Source: Octopus bimaculoides
Taxonomy: Eukaryota
Assembly: GCF_001194135.2 (NCBI RefSeq)
Contig: NC_068988.1
Span: forward strand, 71,301,043 to 71,348,184
DNA length: 47,142 nucleotides
Direction of reading: 5' to 3'
The notes beneath the pieces are model-generated. The model did no database searches. It saw nothing but the letters and a program-made list of their open reading frames with translations, and was not told where the DNA came from. Made by a program: the position numbers and the translations under genes. This document shows, piece by piece, positions 1-11,555 of this stretch (the first letter of the stretch is position 1; every line of letters starts with the position of its first letter).

Positions 1-61
<61 letters not shown>

Positions 62-118
62 TAGGTAGATAGATAGATAGATAGCTAGCTAGCTAGATAG
101 ATATATAGATAGAAAGAT

Positions 119-152
<34 letters not shown>
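1..152. repeat. Compound microsatellite (AG)n-(GATA)n-(GT)n
   Basis: Direct reading. Confidence 0.95.
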
Positions 153-1495
153 TTAGTATTTTCCGCTACAATCATCGATTATAACGGTTTAACAAGACAC
201 AACATATCACACTCATATACATTAACACACATACACTAACACAAATACCTGACAGTAACGCAATTAAAATTGTATTAGTAGCGTATCATCTCGGTAAAAT
301 CATTTTGAGAATGTTGAAACATCAGTGATGTATAATGCCAGAATTTACGAGGGCTTGTGAAATTTAAAAAGTAATATAAAATCCAAAAAGATGTATCTTA
401 TGCATGTTAACTGATTATTTTGCAGATTATTTTCAAAGATGACTAGCTTGAAATGATTTATAAAATATCTCTCATCATAGTCGTTGCTAAGGTTATGTGG
501 TAACTGTTAACTCATTTGCCATCTTTTAAGTAGTATCAGTGGGAAGTGGTATCCATTAGTTTAACGAGTGCATTTAATTTCTTACACTGGAAGATTTTTA
601 AACTCTTAGAAAAAAAAATTGCTTTCGAAATATATATAATTATGCATATAAGTGTAGAAGCCATATATATATTGTTTCATATAAAATAATGAACCATCAT
701 TATAATAACTTGCAGAAAGACCGCCCTCCAGGCGGTTTTCTACAAGCCTTTTGATAAATATTTTTACGTTTGATTCCCGGTTCTAATGATTTTTATATTT
801 CACATCTAATTATTTCTCTGTATAATAGTGCTCATTTCCTTAGTAAAAATTGCTTTCATTATTTTACCACACTCATAATCTCTCTCTTTTAAACAAACAT
901 CACAGCAGTCCAACAAAGGGAGAAGTAATTTGTCAAGTTTTACCTTCCCCTCAAAGCAACATAGAGATTACAATTCAGCAGCCCATCTGTAAGTTTTGCA
1001 GTGCGTGTGACAGAGAGAGAGAGGGGAGAGAGAGAACAATGTAAGCAATGAATGTAACAAACATGAAATTCAAAAAATCGTATAATTTCTTGCTTCATAC
1101 ATCAAGAAAAAAGATACTTTTTAATAAAATTTTCTACAAATGCAGCTTAGATTTTGTAGCTTCAGTGTATATATAGGGATTTATGGGAGAGAATTTTTCC
1201 GATGGGGTGGCGAGACAAGTTTTGGAAAATTCACACGATCTGAAATGTTACCCTCATAACTNNNNNNNNNNNNNNNNNNNNNNNNNNNNNNNNNNNNNNN
1301 NNNNNNNNNNNNNNNNNNNNNNNNNNNNNNNNNNNNNNNNNNNNNNNNNNNNNNNNNNNNNNNNNNNNNNNNNNNNNNNNNNNNNNNNNNNNNNNNNNNN
1401 NNNNNNNNNNNNNNNNNNNNNNNNNNNNNNNNNNNNNNNNNNNNNNNNNNNNNNNNNNNNNNNNNNNNNNNNNNNNNNNNNNNNNNNNNNNNNNN

Positions 1496-1715
1496 AAACC
1501 CGTCATATGTATATATGTATGTATGTATGCATCTATGTATGTGTGTCTTTGTGCCTGTGTTAGTCTCATACCCCATTTGACGACCCGTGTTGGTGTGTTT
1601 ACGTACGCGTAATTTAGCGGTTCGGTAAAAGTCTTGGGGTTGATTTCTGCGACTAAACTCTTCAAGGCGGTGCTCCAGCATGGCCAGAGTCAAATGACTG
1701 TACAAGGTGAGAGAT
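1496..1715 (+). mobile_element. SINE 3' part (same family as 9190-9332)
   Basis: gtgtgtttacgt..gtaatttagcggttcgg...ggcggtgctccagcatggcc..agtcaaatgactg tail. The 5' head is probably in the preceding gap. Confidence 0.65.
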
Positions 1716-1930
1716 AAAGTATAAAATATAAATTCTGTAAGGCTTTAGCATTCCTAACCACTTAAAAGATTTGCTAGGTATGAAATTGATCCAATAGTAG
1801 AGACCTTATTAAATAGATACTACATGCAGACTTTTATACACATACAGAAACACACACACATATATATATCACGTGACCGAATAGACTAACAGATGTTGTT
1901 ACACATCGTTGGCAGTATGCTTAAATATAT
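1521..1930 (+). repeat. 410-bp direct duplication, copy 1 (copy 2 at 10141-10550)
   Basis: Manual alignment gives 15 substitutions and no indels (about 96% identity), offset 8620 bp. Confidence 0.95.
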
Positions 1931-2178
1931 CAATTTTTTGCAACCCCACTCTCTGCCCACGATTGTTTCTGCTTAGAAATTAAAATATTAGAGAGCCTGA
2001 GAAGGTCATTGCTGTCCACAGTGATTAAAAAAAAATACGGAGGTGAACTTGCATAGCAAGTGACTTGATCTGAGATCGTGAGCTGAAATAAAACAATTGC
2101 AGCGTGAATGCTATTTGTAAGCCACTCAAGAACACACAAAACCAGTTAGTTTCACTTCAACATTTAAATTTCATTTAT

Positions 2179-2302
2179 GTTAAAATAATTTCCTCGCTTC
2201 GAAACCGTGACCTGTTCACTGACAAAATTTCACAAAAATGATGCAGCGCGAAGTTTTGTCAGTGAAGAGATCGCGTTTTCAAAGCGACAAAAATATATTG
2301 AC
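2179..2302. repeat. Imperfect long inverted repeat
   Basis: 2194-2231 versus 2250-2287: 38-bp arms with 7 mismatches and an 18-nt spacer, with looser pairing beyond. Confidence 0.8.
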
Positions 2303-2304
2303 AC

Positions 2305-2412
2305 TCACCGAGGCTGACTTTGCCTTTCATCCTTCGGGATCGATATACTAAGTACCAGTTGCGTACTGGGGTCGATCTAATCGACTGGCCCCCCCTCCCC
2401 CTAAAATTTAGG
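2305..2412 (+). mobile_element. tRNA-derived SINE body (Deu/Nin-like central domain)
   Basis: gactttgcctttcatccttcgggatcgata..taagtaccagtt...gtcgatctaatcgact. The motif recurs in several copies in the window. Confidence 0.7.
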
Positions 2413-4648
2413 NNNNNNNNNNNNNNNNNNNNNNNNNNNNNNNNNNNNNNNNNNNNNNNNNNNNNNNNNNNNNNNNNNNNNNNNNNNNNNNNNNNNNNNN
2501 NNNNNNNNNNNNNNNNNNNNNNNNNNNNNNNNNNNNNNNNNNNNNNNNNNNNNNNNNNNNNNNNNNNNNNNNNNNNNNNNNNNNNNNNNNNNNNNNNNNN
2601 NNNNNNNNNNNNNNNNNNNNNNNNNNNNNNNNNNNNNNNNNNNNNNNNNNNNNNNNNNNNNNNNNNNNNNNNNNNNNNNNNNNNNNNNNNNNNNNNNNNN
2701 NNNNNNNNNNNNNNNNNNNNNNNNNNNNNNNNNNNNNNNNNNNNNNNNNNNNNNNNNNNNNNNNNNNNNNNNNNNNNNNNNNNNNNNNNNNNNNNNNNNN
2801 NNNNNNNNNNNNNNNNNNNNNNNNNNNNNNNNNNNNNNNNNNNNNNNNNNNNNNNNNNNNNNNNNNNNNNNNNNNNNNNNNNNNNNNNNNNNNNNNNNNN
2901 NNNNNNNGGATAGTTTTACAGTAAGGTTTATAGCGTTCCAAACAGCCATAACAACAAAATTACTTAAAATTTTTTTTTACAAAAATTATACGGATATTTT
3001 TAAAAATTTCATTCAATAAATAATATTTATACATTACGTATGCATTAATGTCGGTTTTCCAAATAGCGATTTTAAACTTCAAATGAAAACATTAATACAA
3101 AAAGTGAGAGACTTTGCAAGAATTGGAGTTAAAACATTCAATAAACTTGAGAAATCGAAATTATAGGAAGTTCTTTAGACCATGAATTTATAAGATATTC
3201 CCAGACGGTCAACCCTTTAATAATTGTTTTCTTTTAGTACTTTTAGTAATTGTTACATACCTAATTAATAAGCAGCTTTCTCCATTATAGTACAGATAAC
3301 GTGATATCTCTGGATGAAATTTTGCTAGCATATAAACTGACGTAAATTGTCGATAGCCCTTTCAGTTATTTGTATATTTGGATTTTGGAACATTTTTGTA
3401 ACTTAAATTCCATTCATCTAAAAAACAAATCATGACTTAGTCTCATGATACAAATGGCGGATGAGTGAAAAGTACAGCACGGTTTCAAAATGTTTCAATG
3501 GATAAGGTACAGGGGTTTATGAGTTGTAGATTCATGATTCCTACGATAGGCATTTTTGTTTTGTATATTCAGACAGACACTTAGCTTTTCTGACTGACAG
3601 ATTAATCTGCGTCTTCTACACTGACAAGGGGCATCTGTTGTTTGGATAAATCTGCAAGAAACGAGAGTGAGGTGCGTATTTATGGGATTCGGAGCATTAT
3701 TTTAAGGTACCGTTGCACTAAATTACCTGCCCTTACTATTAAAGAAATATCACTTTCCTTTCATTTGGGCCAATTTAGCAGAATGTAAACAATACCAAAA
3801 TCCAAAGTGGTGGACTGCGTCGGAAAAAAGTTTTAATGAAATTCGGAAATTTGGTGACTTTCGTATCGGGTGATGAAACGGGAAGTCTAAAATTTTGTGC
3901 GAAGAATTTTGTTAGAGTGATAAACATTTTCTCCTTCTAAAAAATACATCATTATTCCATCTTCTAACAGTCATATCCAGTTTTACAATTTTCACAAGAA
4001 TAAATAACTGTATTAACGGCAGGAATGGGATAACAAAGTAAATACCTGTAGAATTCAAAAAAAGGAACGTCAATAGACAAAATACTTTCTGCCATTACTT
4101 GAAAATACAAATATGAAAAATGGCTGATTAACAAAACTTTATAAAACAACTGATATAGTATTTTTTTTATTTTCTGAATGAGCTAAAGAACACTACTGAA
4201 GAGGTTATCACTACTTTACTTAGTATTTATTACAATAAAATTCCTCCTAGTCTGTTAGTATATAGGTTGTATCTCGATACGTCCAAACACCAGTATGAAG
4301 TAGCAAACCTGAGACTAAGTAGGTTGTTTTAGCATTGAAAATATGATACATAAAACTGAGTACTAGCTATTATTGATCATGTGTAGCAACATAAAAGTTT
4401 ACTTATGAAAAAGTTGTCAATGAAGCAAACCAACTTTGATAAATGTGTTTGTTCAGTATCAAAGAGGCATTTTAATAACAGATATTACAATAGTAAAACA
4501 TTAGCGGATTTGCAATTATGTCAGTAATTCGCTGACAATTTTTTCTTCTCTGGATAATTCTCTGTCAGTCTAAGAGCAAATAACTTTCACGATATTCGTA
4601 TACAATCACCACTACACTATTTTTGTGCAAGATTAAAATAACGTCTTA

Positions 4649-5551
4649 CAAGGTGTCTGAAAAGTTTTGAGCGTAACCTAGAATCGGGGCTGCTATATAG
4701 TTGAAACAATTTTTTCTGATAAGTAAAGTCTTTTCGGAGTATTCTTGCTCATTTTCATGATTCTGATATTTGAATTTTTTTTTTTTTTTTTTTGCAGATT
4801 TTTGAATAAACAAGCTTCGAATTTACAAGGAAAATGGAGAAAACTGAGTATCTTGCTGTAATAATTTACCTTCATTAGAAATCCATGAAGATATGGTGAG
4901 AACCTTAAGAGACAATGCTCCTTCACATGCAACAGTCAAACACTGGGTAAATGAATTCAAACGTGGCAGGGAGAGTGTGGAAAATGATCCTACACCAAGG
5001 AGACTTCCAACTACAACCACCGAGAACAACATTGACCTTGATCTTGGTATGATAATGCAAGATCGCCGAATATCATGTCGTCAGATAGCCGAGAGACCGG
5101 GCATCTCAACTGAAAGAGCAGACAACATTGTGACAAAAGAACTTGGGTTCTCAAAGGTTTCTGCAAGGTGGGTTCCTCGCCTTTTGACTCCTGAACAGAA
5201 ACGTACCAGGTGCACTTACTTTGTCCACGAGCAATCTAGAACTGTTTGAAGCTGATGAAGAGAATCTTCTTGCTCGTTTCATTACTACGGACGAAAGTTG
5301 GGTCCATCGCTACTAGCCTGAAATCAAAGAAAAATCAAAGCATTGGAAGCACACATCTTCTCCTACCCCAAAGAAGGCCAGGATCATTCCTTCAGCTGGC
5401 AAGGTCATGGCTTCGGTTTTTTTTTTTTGGATTCTCAAGGTGTCTTGGTGATCGATTACCTTGAAAAGGGTCACACAGTGACAGGGCTGTATTATTATTT
5501 TCAGCTACTGAAACGCCTCCGAGAGGCTCAAGACTTTTCAGACACCCCTCG
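4649..5551 (+). mobile_element. Mariner DNA transposon, internally deleted, pseudogenised transposase
   Basis: TIRs TA-caaggtgtctgaaaagttttgagc and gctcaagacttttcagacacccctcg-TA with TA TSD. Translation gives the HTH region, WVPRLL and ITTDESW (first catalytic D) with stops and frameshifts, and ends at ...LLKRLREA before the second and third D. Confidence 0.93.
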
Positions 5552-7094
5552 TATATCAACTATATCAGTTATATTTTGATTGCCTCTAATCCCGTGAATG
5601 ACACATGTAAAATGTATTACAATCATTTTACATCTACATACATACATGACACCTGGGAATTTTCCTAGAATATCTCGTATATTTTTCTGTGATGAGAACA
5701 GAGGTAAGGGAACTGACCAGAAATGAAGAAAAACAATCAATGTAGATCCAAACTTACTACAAAAGATATAACTATTCCAAATATTACCCATTGAACCATT
5801 TTTGTTTCTACCCTTCCATGTTACTATACACAAATACACCACACTTGAGTCGTAGTTGATAACATCTGACTCTCTAGCTAAAGCCACTTGGTTAATAATA
5901 GGTACAATGAGCTCGATCCTACTTAGGTTCAGTTTTACTGCAGGAAGCAGTGATGGCATTGTATAATTTACGAGTGTTTTATAAGCTCAGAGTGTTCTTC
6001 TATAGATGAGCAAAATATTAAAAGATCATAATTATATTCAATTTTTCTGAAAATTCTGTTAGTGTTATCTCTCGAACTCCACAACTGTAAAGCATGCATT
6101 AATTTTGCAGCAATCATTATATTACTAATCCTACATAAGACATTGATTTGTCGGATGAGATTTGCAAGAGTAATTTCTCCCTGGACGCTAAATAAAAGAT
6201 ATATAGTTATGAACGCTCATATATTAGGTCCATCTTTAATAGAAGAAAGAAAATCACTTCACTTTTAATCTGTCACATTTGATTTTTGTTTGTTTGTCAC
6301 TCAAACTCTCTGTTAAATACATATGCATGCGCTCACACAAGGAAAAACATAACGGAAATTTTTTTTAATGAAAACAACGAAATCGAGCTGTAAGTAGGCA
6401 CGCGTGCGAGAGAATAAGGGCTGATGTGTATCTGCAGATTCATTTTACACATCTGTATATAGATGGAAGCTAAATATAACTGTTTAATAACTTATTGTCT
6501 GAACAGGCAACACAAGCTGTCAGGATCAAGAATGATACAAAATTAGCCCAATTCACTTCCAGATCTCACCTTGTGATTTTAGGATTTTTTTTTTATTTCC
6601 TCATTACCGAGCAAGTTTATTGCTTATTTTGTAACTCATTCACTAGCATAAGCAAAAGGTGAATTTTGTGAAAGAAAGAAAATGAAAATCAAACCTAAAT
6701 ATGTTACTACTTTATACCTTATCATTATTTCAAGTGTCAACTGGAAAACCTGTTTATATTCAATAAACAACTTATATATATATATATATATATATNNNNN
6801 NNNNNNNNNNNNNNNNNNNNNNNNNNNNNNNNNNNNNNNNNNNNNNNNNNNNNNNNNNNNNNNNNNNNNNNNNNNNNNNNNNNNNNNNNNNNNNNNNNNN
6901 NNNNNNNNNNNNNNNNNNNNNNNNNNNNNNNNNNNNNNNNNNNNNNNNNNNNNNNNNNNNNNNNNNNNNNNNNNNNNNNNNNNNNNNNNNNNNNNNNNNN
7001 NNNNNNNNNNNNNNNNNNNNNNNNNNNNNNNNNNNNNNNNNNNNNNNNNNNNNNNNNNNNNNNNNNNNNNNNNNNNNNNNNNNNNNNNNNNNNN

Positions 7095-7153
7095 GCAGCA
7101 CGAACGGATCCGGATTTCAGGGTTATTTCCCTTCGTCGGCGTTCGATAGCTGC
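7095..7153 (-). ncRNA. Type I hammerhead-ribozyme-like motif with CCGA core variant
   Basis: Minus strand gcagctat-cgaacg-CCGACGA-aggg(aaataa)ccct-GAAA-tccgga-TC-cgttcg-tgctgc. Perfect 6-bp stem I with extension, 4-bp stem II, palindromic stem III, AUC cleavage triplet. Cut off by an N-gap. Confidence 0.7.
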
Positions 7154-7389
7154 TGACCTTGGCGAGAGAGACAAAAACCTGGCAATCTTATATCTTCTTT
7201 TCCAGTGAAATTCTTCACTGATATCGAAAAGGTGAAAACAAGCAATGCTAATTCTCTAAATGAAGTATTAACAGTAACTGCACGATAAAGTGTAGTATAT
7301 TGCCACTTAAGTGTGGCTGACCCATTTTACCATTTTATACGTGATGCAAATACAGCACCCATAAATCTCTAATCTTTCGAGTTTCAGAG

Positions 7390-8040
7390 ATTAATCGACG
7401 GAAAGAGAATACTGAGGCGCTGGATTGGCTGGACCGTACCCACCGAAGACCCTGAGAACAACAATCTGGTGAAAGAAATGATTGCACATTCAATAGGGGC
7501 CAGTGTAAGAACCACCGTGAAGAACAACATAGTAAAGTTTATCAAAAAACTATACATGCAGGTTCAAGGTGTACCTATTTGTGTCGGTGTAGCTAGAGAT
7601 GTGGCCGGCCTCTTCATGACCTGGTGGGAGGGAAAACTTAAGCAATCCTTAGCAGAACAGTGCACAACTCTTCTACTTTTCAGTAGGTATGTAGCGGACA
7701 TTAATATCATAGCTAAGACCAATAATAGTAACGGTAATGTAGAAACTGAGAGTAACGTAATGGAGAGCATCCAGCAAGTAGCTAACTCTATCCACTAAAG
7801 TATGAGAGTAACTATAAATTATCCCACTAGGCACCCCAACAAATAGACTCCCCGTCCTTGATACTGAACTTTGGTTAGAGACTGTGACCAACAGAGTGCA
7901 GATCCTCAACTCCTATTACATGAAACCCATAGCTTCGAAATATGTTGTTCACAAGAACTCAACTTTGTCACACAACATGAAAATTAACACACTGATAGCA
8001 GACTTAGGATAAGGAACAACGTGTTCCCACTATGCAAAGC
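7390..8040 (+). mobile_element. Penelope-like element reverse transcriptase fragment (decayed)
   Basis: KFIKKLYMQVQGVPIC...LFMTWWE...LFSRYVADINII (YVDD changed to YVAD)...QQVANSIH*SMRVTINYPTRHP / PVLDTELW...SYYMKPIASKYVVHKNS, which matches PLE RT palm and thumb motifs. Confidence 0.8.
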
Positions 8041-8041
8041 A

Positions 8042-8900
8042 TATGAAACGCAGTGTGGGGTCACGCATTGTCCTGATGAAACATCACTCGTTTTCGATTC
8101 ACTAAAGCGGGCCATTTTTTTTCTTCAAAGCTTGGTTCAAACGCTCTAATTGCTGACAGTAGAATTGAGCATTGTTTGTTGCATTATGTAGTAACAATTC
8201 AAAGTGAATTATTCCTTTGAAATCTCACCAGATAGAGAGAAGAACCTTTTTCTCATGAAGTTCTCTTCTCGGTTGTGCTTGAGCTATTTCCCTTTTACCA
8301 AGCCACTGTTTACGATGTTTATCATTTCCATAGAAGATCCATTTTTCTTCACCAGTCACAAGTCTATCCAAAAAGGGTGAAATGAGTTCGCGAGAATGCA
8401 GAGAAGAGTAGATGTCATTTTGTGATTTGCGGTTGCTTTCGGATGATTCATGAGGTACCCATTTTCCAAGTTTAGGAACCTTTCCAAGTTGTTGAAGATG
8501 ACGATGAACAGTTGTATGGTTTGAACTAAGCTTTATTGCCAATTCTTCAACTGATAATGCAGGATTTTCTTCAAGTAATGCCTGAAGGAGCTTATCATCA
8601 AACTCAACTGGATGTCCTGTTCGATCTTCATCGTCAAGGCTGAAATCTCCATTTCTGAATTTTGTAAACCATCTTCTGCAAGTTCTTTCATTCAAGCATT
8701 CTTTCTCATAAATTGAGTGCATGTTCCGAGTCGCTTCGACTGCAGAGTTTCCTTTTTTGTACTCATAAATCAATATGTGCCTCAAATGCTCTTTGGATAC
8801 TTCTATGTTAGAAAGAGTTTTAAGCAAATTCTAAAATACTATTAAATTTCATTCAATTTAAAAAAAAGTAAAATCGGACAGAACTTATGGGATGACCTGA
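8042..8900 (-). mobile_element. Mariner (Hsmar1/SETMAR-like) transposon, 3'-truncated
   Basis: ORF 8225-8827 carries KWVPHES and VTGEEKW, and the sequence continues past a stop to HQDNA*PH near 8050. 5' TIR TA-tcaggtcatcccataagttctgtccgattt is present; no YSPDL motif or 3' TIR. Confidence 0.92.
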
Positions 8901-9189
8901 TACGTATATACATATGCACACACACACATACATGCATACATACACATGCATGCATACATACATACAAACATGTCTATGCACACACACACTGACCCACACA
9001 CATGCGCACAAACAAAAAAAAGAACGCAGTGTGAATAAAGGACAGAGTCAACAACTTTTGAAAAGGTTGCAAGATGCAAAGAAAATTTTAGAAAAATAAT
9101 GAAGGAAATGAGTGGAAGTTTTACCGGTGAGTGTGTTAAATTATAAGGCAATAAAAGAGAATGACTCTCCCCAGACACAACAAAATACA

Positions 9190-9332
9190 TACTTAAACGA
9201 CAGGCTTCTTTCAGTTTCTATCTACCAAATGCACTACAATAGAAGACACTTGCCCAAGGTGCAATGCAGTGGGACTGAACCTGGAACCATTTGGTTGGAG
9301 AGTAAGCTCCTTACCACACTGCCACTCCTGCG
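9190..9332 (-). mobile_element. tRNA-derived CORE-type SINE, 5' part
   Basis: Minus strand gcaggagtggcagtgtggtaagg (A box), ggttcagtccc (B box) and accttgggcaagtgtcttct (CORE-like). Confidence 0.75.
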
Positions 9333-9344
9333 TATATGCATATA

Positions 9345-9660
9345 TATGAGACCAAAGTGCACGTACGCCACCATATGCATATAAAAAGAAATGCAAAAAA
9401 ATGGGACAAGAATGCTAAACATCCAGACAGTTAGATGATACAAGAAAGGGACAAGAAAAAACAAGGATAGGTCAATCGGAGTTTTCTTTCCTCAGGCGAG
9501 TTCCAGGTTATCTTTGCAATTTCGGCTGGTTATACTCGAGATTGCTCCAATCTGGCCAGCCAGCCCCAAGGAAAAACAAAGCTAAGAGCACTAGATTCCT
9601 TGGAAGAAACCAGCGAAAGTATACGAAAAGAAGGACGGAAGTGTTGAATATGTGACGCTA
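9345..9660. repeat. Unclassified interspersed repeat
   Basis: GC-richer non-coding block between a SINE and AT-rich flank. It resembles an Octopus repeat from memory only; no coding or promoter motif. Confidence 0.35.
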
Positions 9661-10134
9661 GTAACAGTCATTTGTAATAGCAATACAAAATACTATGGTA
9701 ACATGTGAATATATTTTGTCTTTGATATATACAATCCGATTTCATTATCTGAATTATTTACCATTTTATACGTGATGCAAATACAGCACCCATAAATCTC
9801 TAATCNNNNNNNNNNNNNNNNNNNNNNNNNNNNNNNNNNNNNNNNNNNNNNNNNNNNNNNNNNNNNNNNNNNNNNNNNNNNNNNNNNNNNNNNNNNNNNN
9901 NNNNNNNNNNNNNNNNNNNNNNNNNNNNNNNNNNNNNNNNNNNNNNNNNNNNNNNNNNNNNNNNNNNNNNNNNNNNNNNNNNNNNNNNNNNNNNNNNNNN
10001 NNNNNNNNNNNNNNNNNNNNNNNNNNNNNNNNNNNNNNNNNNNNNNNNNNNNNNNNNNNNNNNNNNNNNNNNNNNNNNNNNNNNNNNNNNNNNNNNNNNN
10101 NNNNNNNNNNNNNNNNNNNNNNNNNNNNNNNNNN

Positions 10135-10335
10135 ATGTTTGTATGTATGCACCTATGTATGTGTGTCTTTGTGCCTGTGTTCGTCTCATACCCCACTTGA
10201 CGACCGGTGTTGGTGTGTTTACGTCCGCGTAATTTAGCGGTTCGGTAAAAGTCTTGGGGTTGATTTCTGCGACTAAACTCTTCAAGGCGGTGCTCCAGCA
10301 TGGCCAGAGTCAAATGACTGTACAAGGTGAGAGAT
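10135..10335 (+). mobile_element. SINE 3' part, within the duplicated block
   Basis: Near-identical to 1521-1715, including the same flank. Confidence 0.65.
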
Positions 10336-10599
10336 AAAGTATAACATATAAATTCTGTAAGGCTTTACCATTCCTAACCACTCGAAAGATTTGCTAGGGT
10401 TGAAATTGATCCAATAGTAGAGACCTTATTAAATAGATACTACATGCAGACTTTTATACACATACAGAAACACACACACATATATATATCACGTGACCGA
10501 CCAGACTACCAGATGTTGTTACACATCGTTGGCAGTATGTTTAAATATATATACATATCACAGCTGCATCCTCGTTACACGAGGAAAGCCATTACCTGG

Positions 10600-10975
10600 A
10601 AGACTTACTGAAATGATTTATGATTGTTGCCATGTGATGCCCTTGTATGATTCTTAAGCCCGACCAAGATTTTACACATTTTATTACATACTAGACAACT
10701 GGTTGTCTAGTATGGCTAACAGAAGAAACAAGTGTCACCATATGCACTCTTAACATGTCTTTTTAGACCTCCAGCTGAGAGGCAAACCTTTCCACATTTT
10801 GCACACGTTCTGTTATGAATAGTAATAGCCACATCATTGTTTATCATGGGTCGACTTCTATGAGACGTTTGATGGCTCACCAGGCCTGCACGACGCAAAC
10901 ACCTCCGCTCACAAGCCACACACATAAAATGCAACACTCTCTCACTTTCCAAATGTTCCCTCCTTCTAAGCTACT
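10600..10975 (-). mobile_element. RTE-like LINE 3' end with two C2H2-like fingers and a 3'UTR hairpin
   Basis: ORF 10716-10952 has CVACERRCLRRAGLVSHQTSH and CAKCGKVCLSAGGLKRHVKS. A perfect 13-bp inverted repeat (10687-10714) follows the stop. The RTE assignment rests on recalled C-terminal patterns. Confidence 0.6.
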
Positions 10976-11555
10976 CCTAATTAGCTCATATATTAATTAT
11001 AGGATACGATTGAATTTAGGCTCGTCAACACGTAGGATGCCCGAAATGGCTAGGTACAGTAAAAGAAAAGCGATTGTAAATTTTAAACTCCATATGTGCT
11101 CTTTATATATATATATATATATATATATATNNNNNNNNNNNNNNNNNNNNNNNNNNNNNNNNNNNNNNNNNNNNNNNNNNNNNNNNNNNNNNNNNNNNNN
11201 NNNNNNNNNNNNNNNNNNNNNNNNNNNNNNCTCTCTCTCTCTCCCCCCCCTTCTCTCTCTCTCTCTCTCTCTCTGTATTTATGTGTGTATGCGTGTATGA
11301 GATCGCGGGTGTGTTCATGTGTGCTTGCATGCGTCTGTTTCTCTATAAAATATAACTGTTATCAACAGAAATACATTATGACACCTTTATTCCCTCCTAT
11401 AGCTATTGCTGCTGCTAAAATTATTCCCCAATTACACTTCTATGAAGTCAACGAATAGGAACGTATTGTATAATCCTACTTTTCCAACCTAGGAATACGA
11501 TATGCAGTAACTAATATAGATCCTGGAGCGTAAAGAAGATAACAAAAGTATCAAC

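Noticed and set aside
3259-4100. Exon-like segments on the minus strand (e.g. ttttttag|ATGAATGG...TAG|gtatgt at about 3260-3417; cttgcag|...DLSKQQMPLVSVEDAD* from about 3651) as downstream GPCR exons or a TGA-recoded gene
   Set aside because: There are in-frame stops, including TAA, no TM5-TM7 motifs, and no phase-compatible chain from the 12624 exon. A single TGA in a short frame is not evidence of recoding.
5758-5940. Open segment with cctgcag acceptor and gtaagt donor inside ORF 5528-5959
   Set aside because: The peptide resembles no class B GPCR region, and its start phase does not match the phase-0 end of the TM5a exon. Probably chance.
9455-9510. CTGAGGA...tccGATT on the minus strand as a fourth hammerhead
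   Set aside because: There is no GAAA, stem II does not pair, and stem I is unconvincing.
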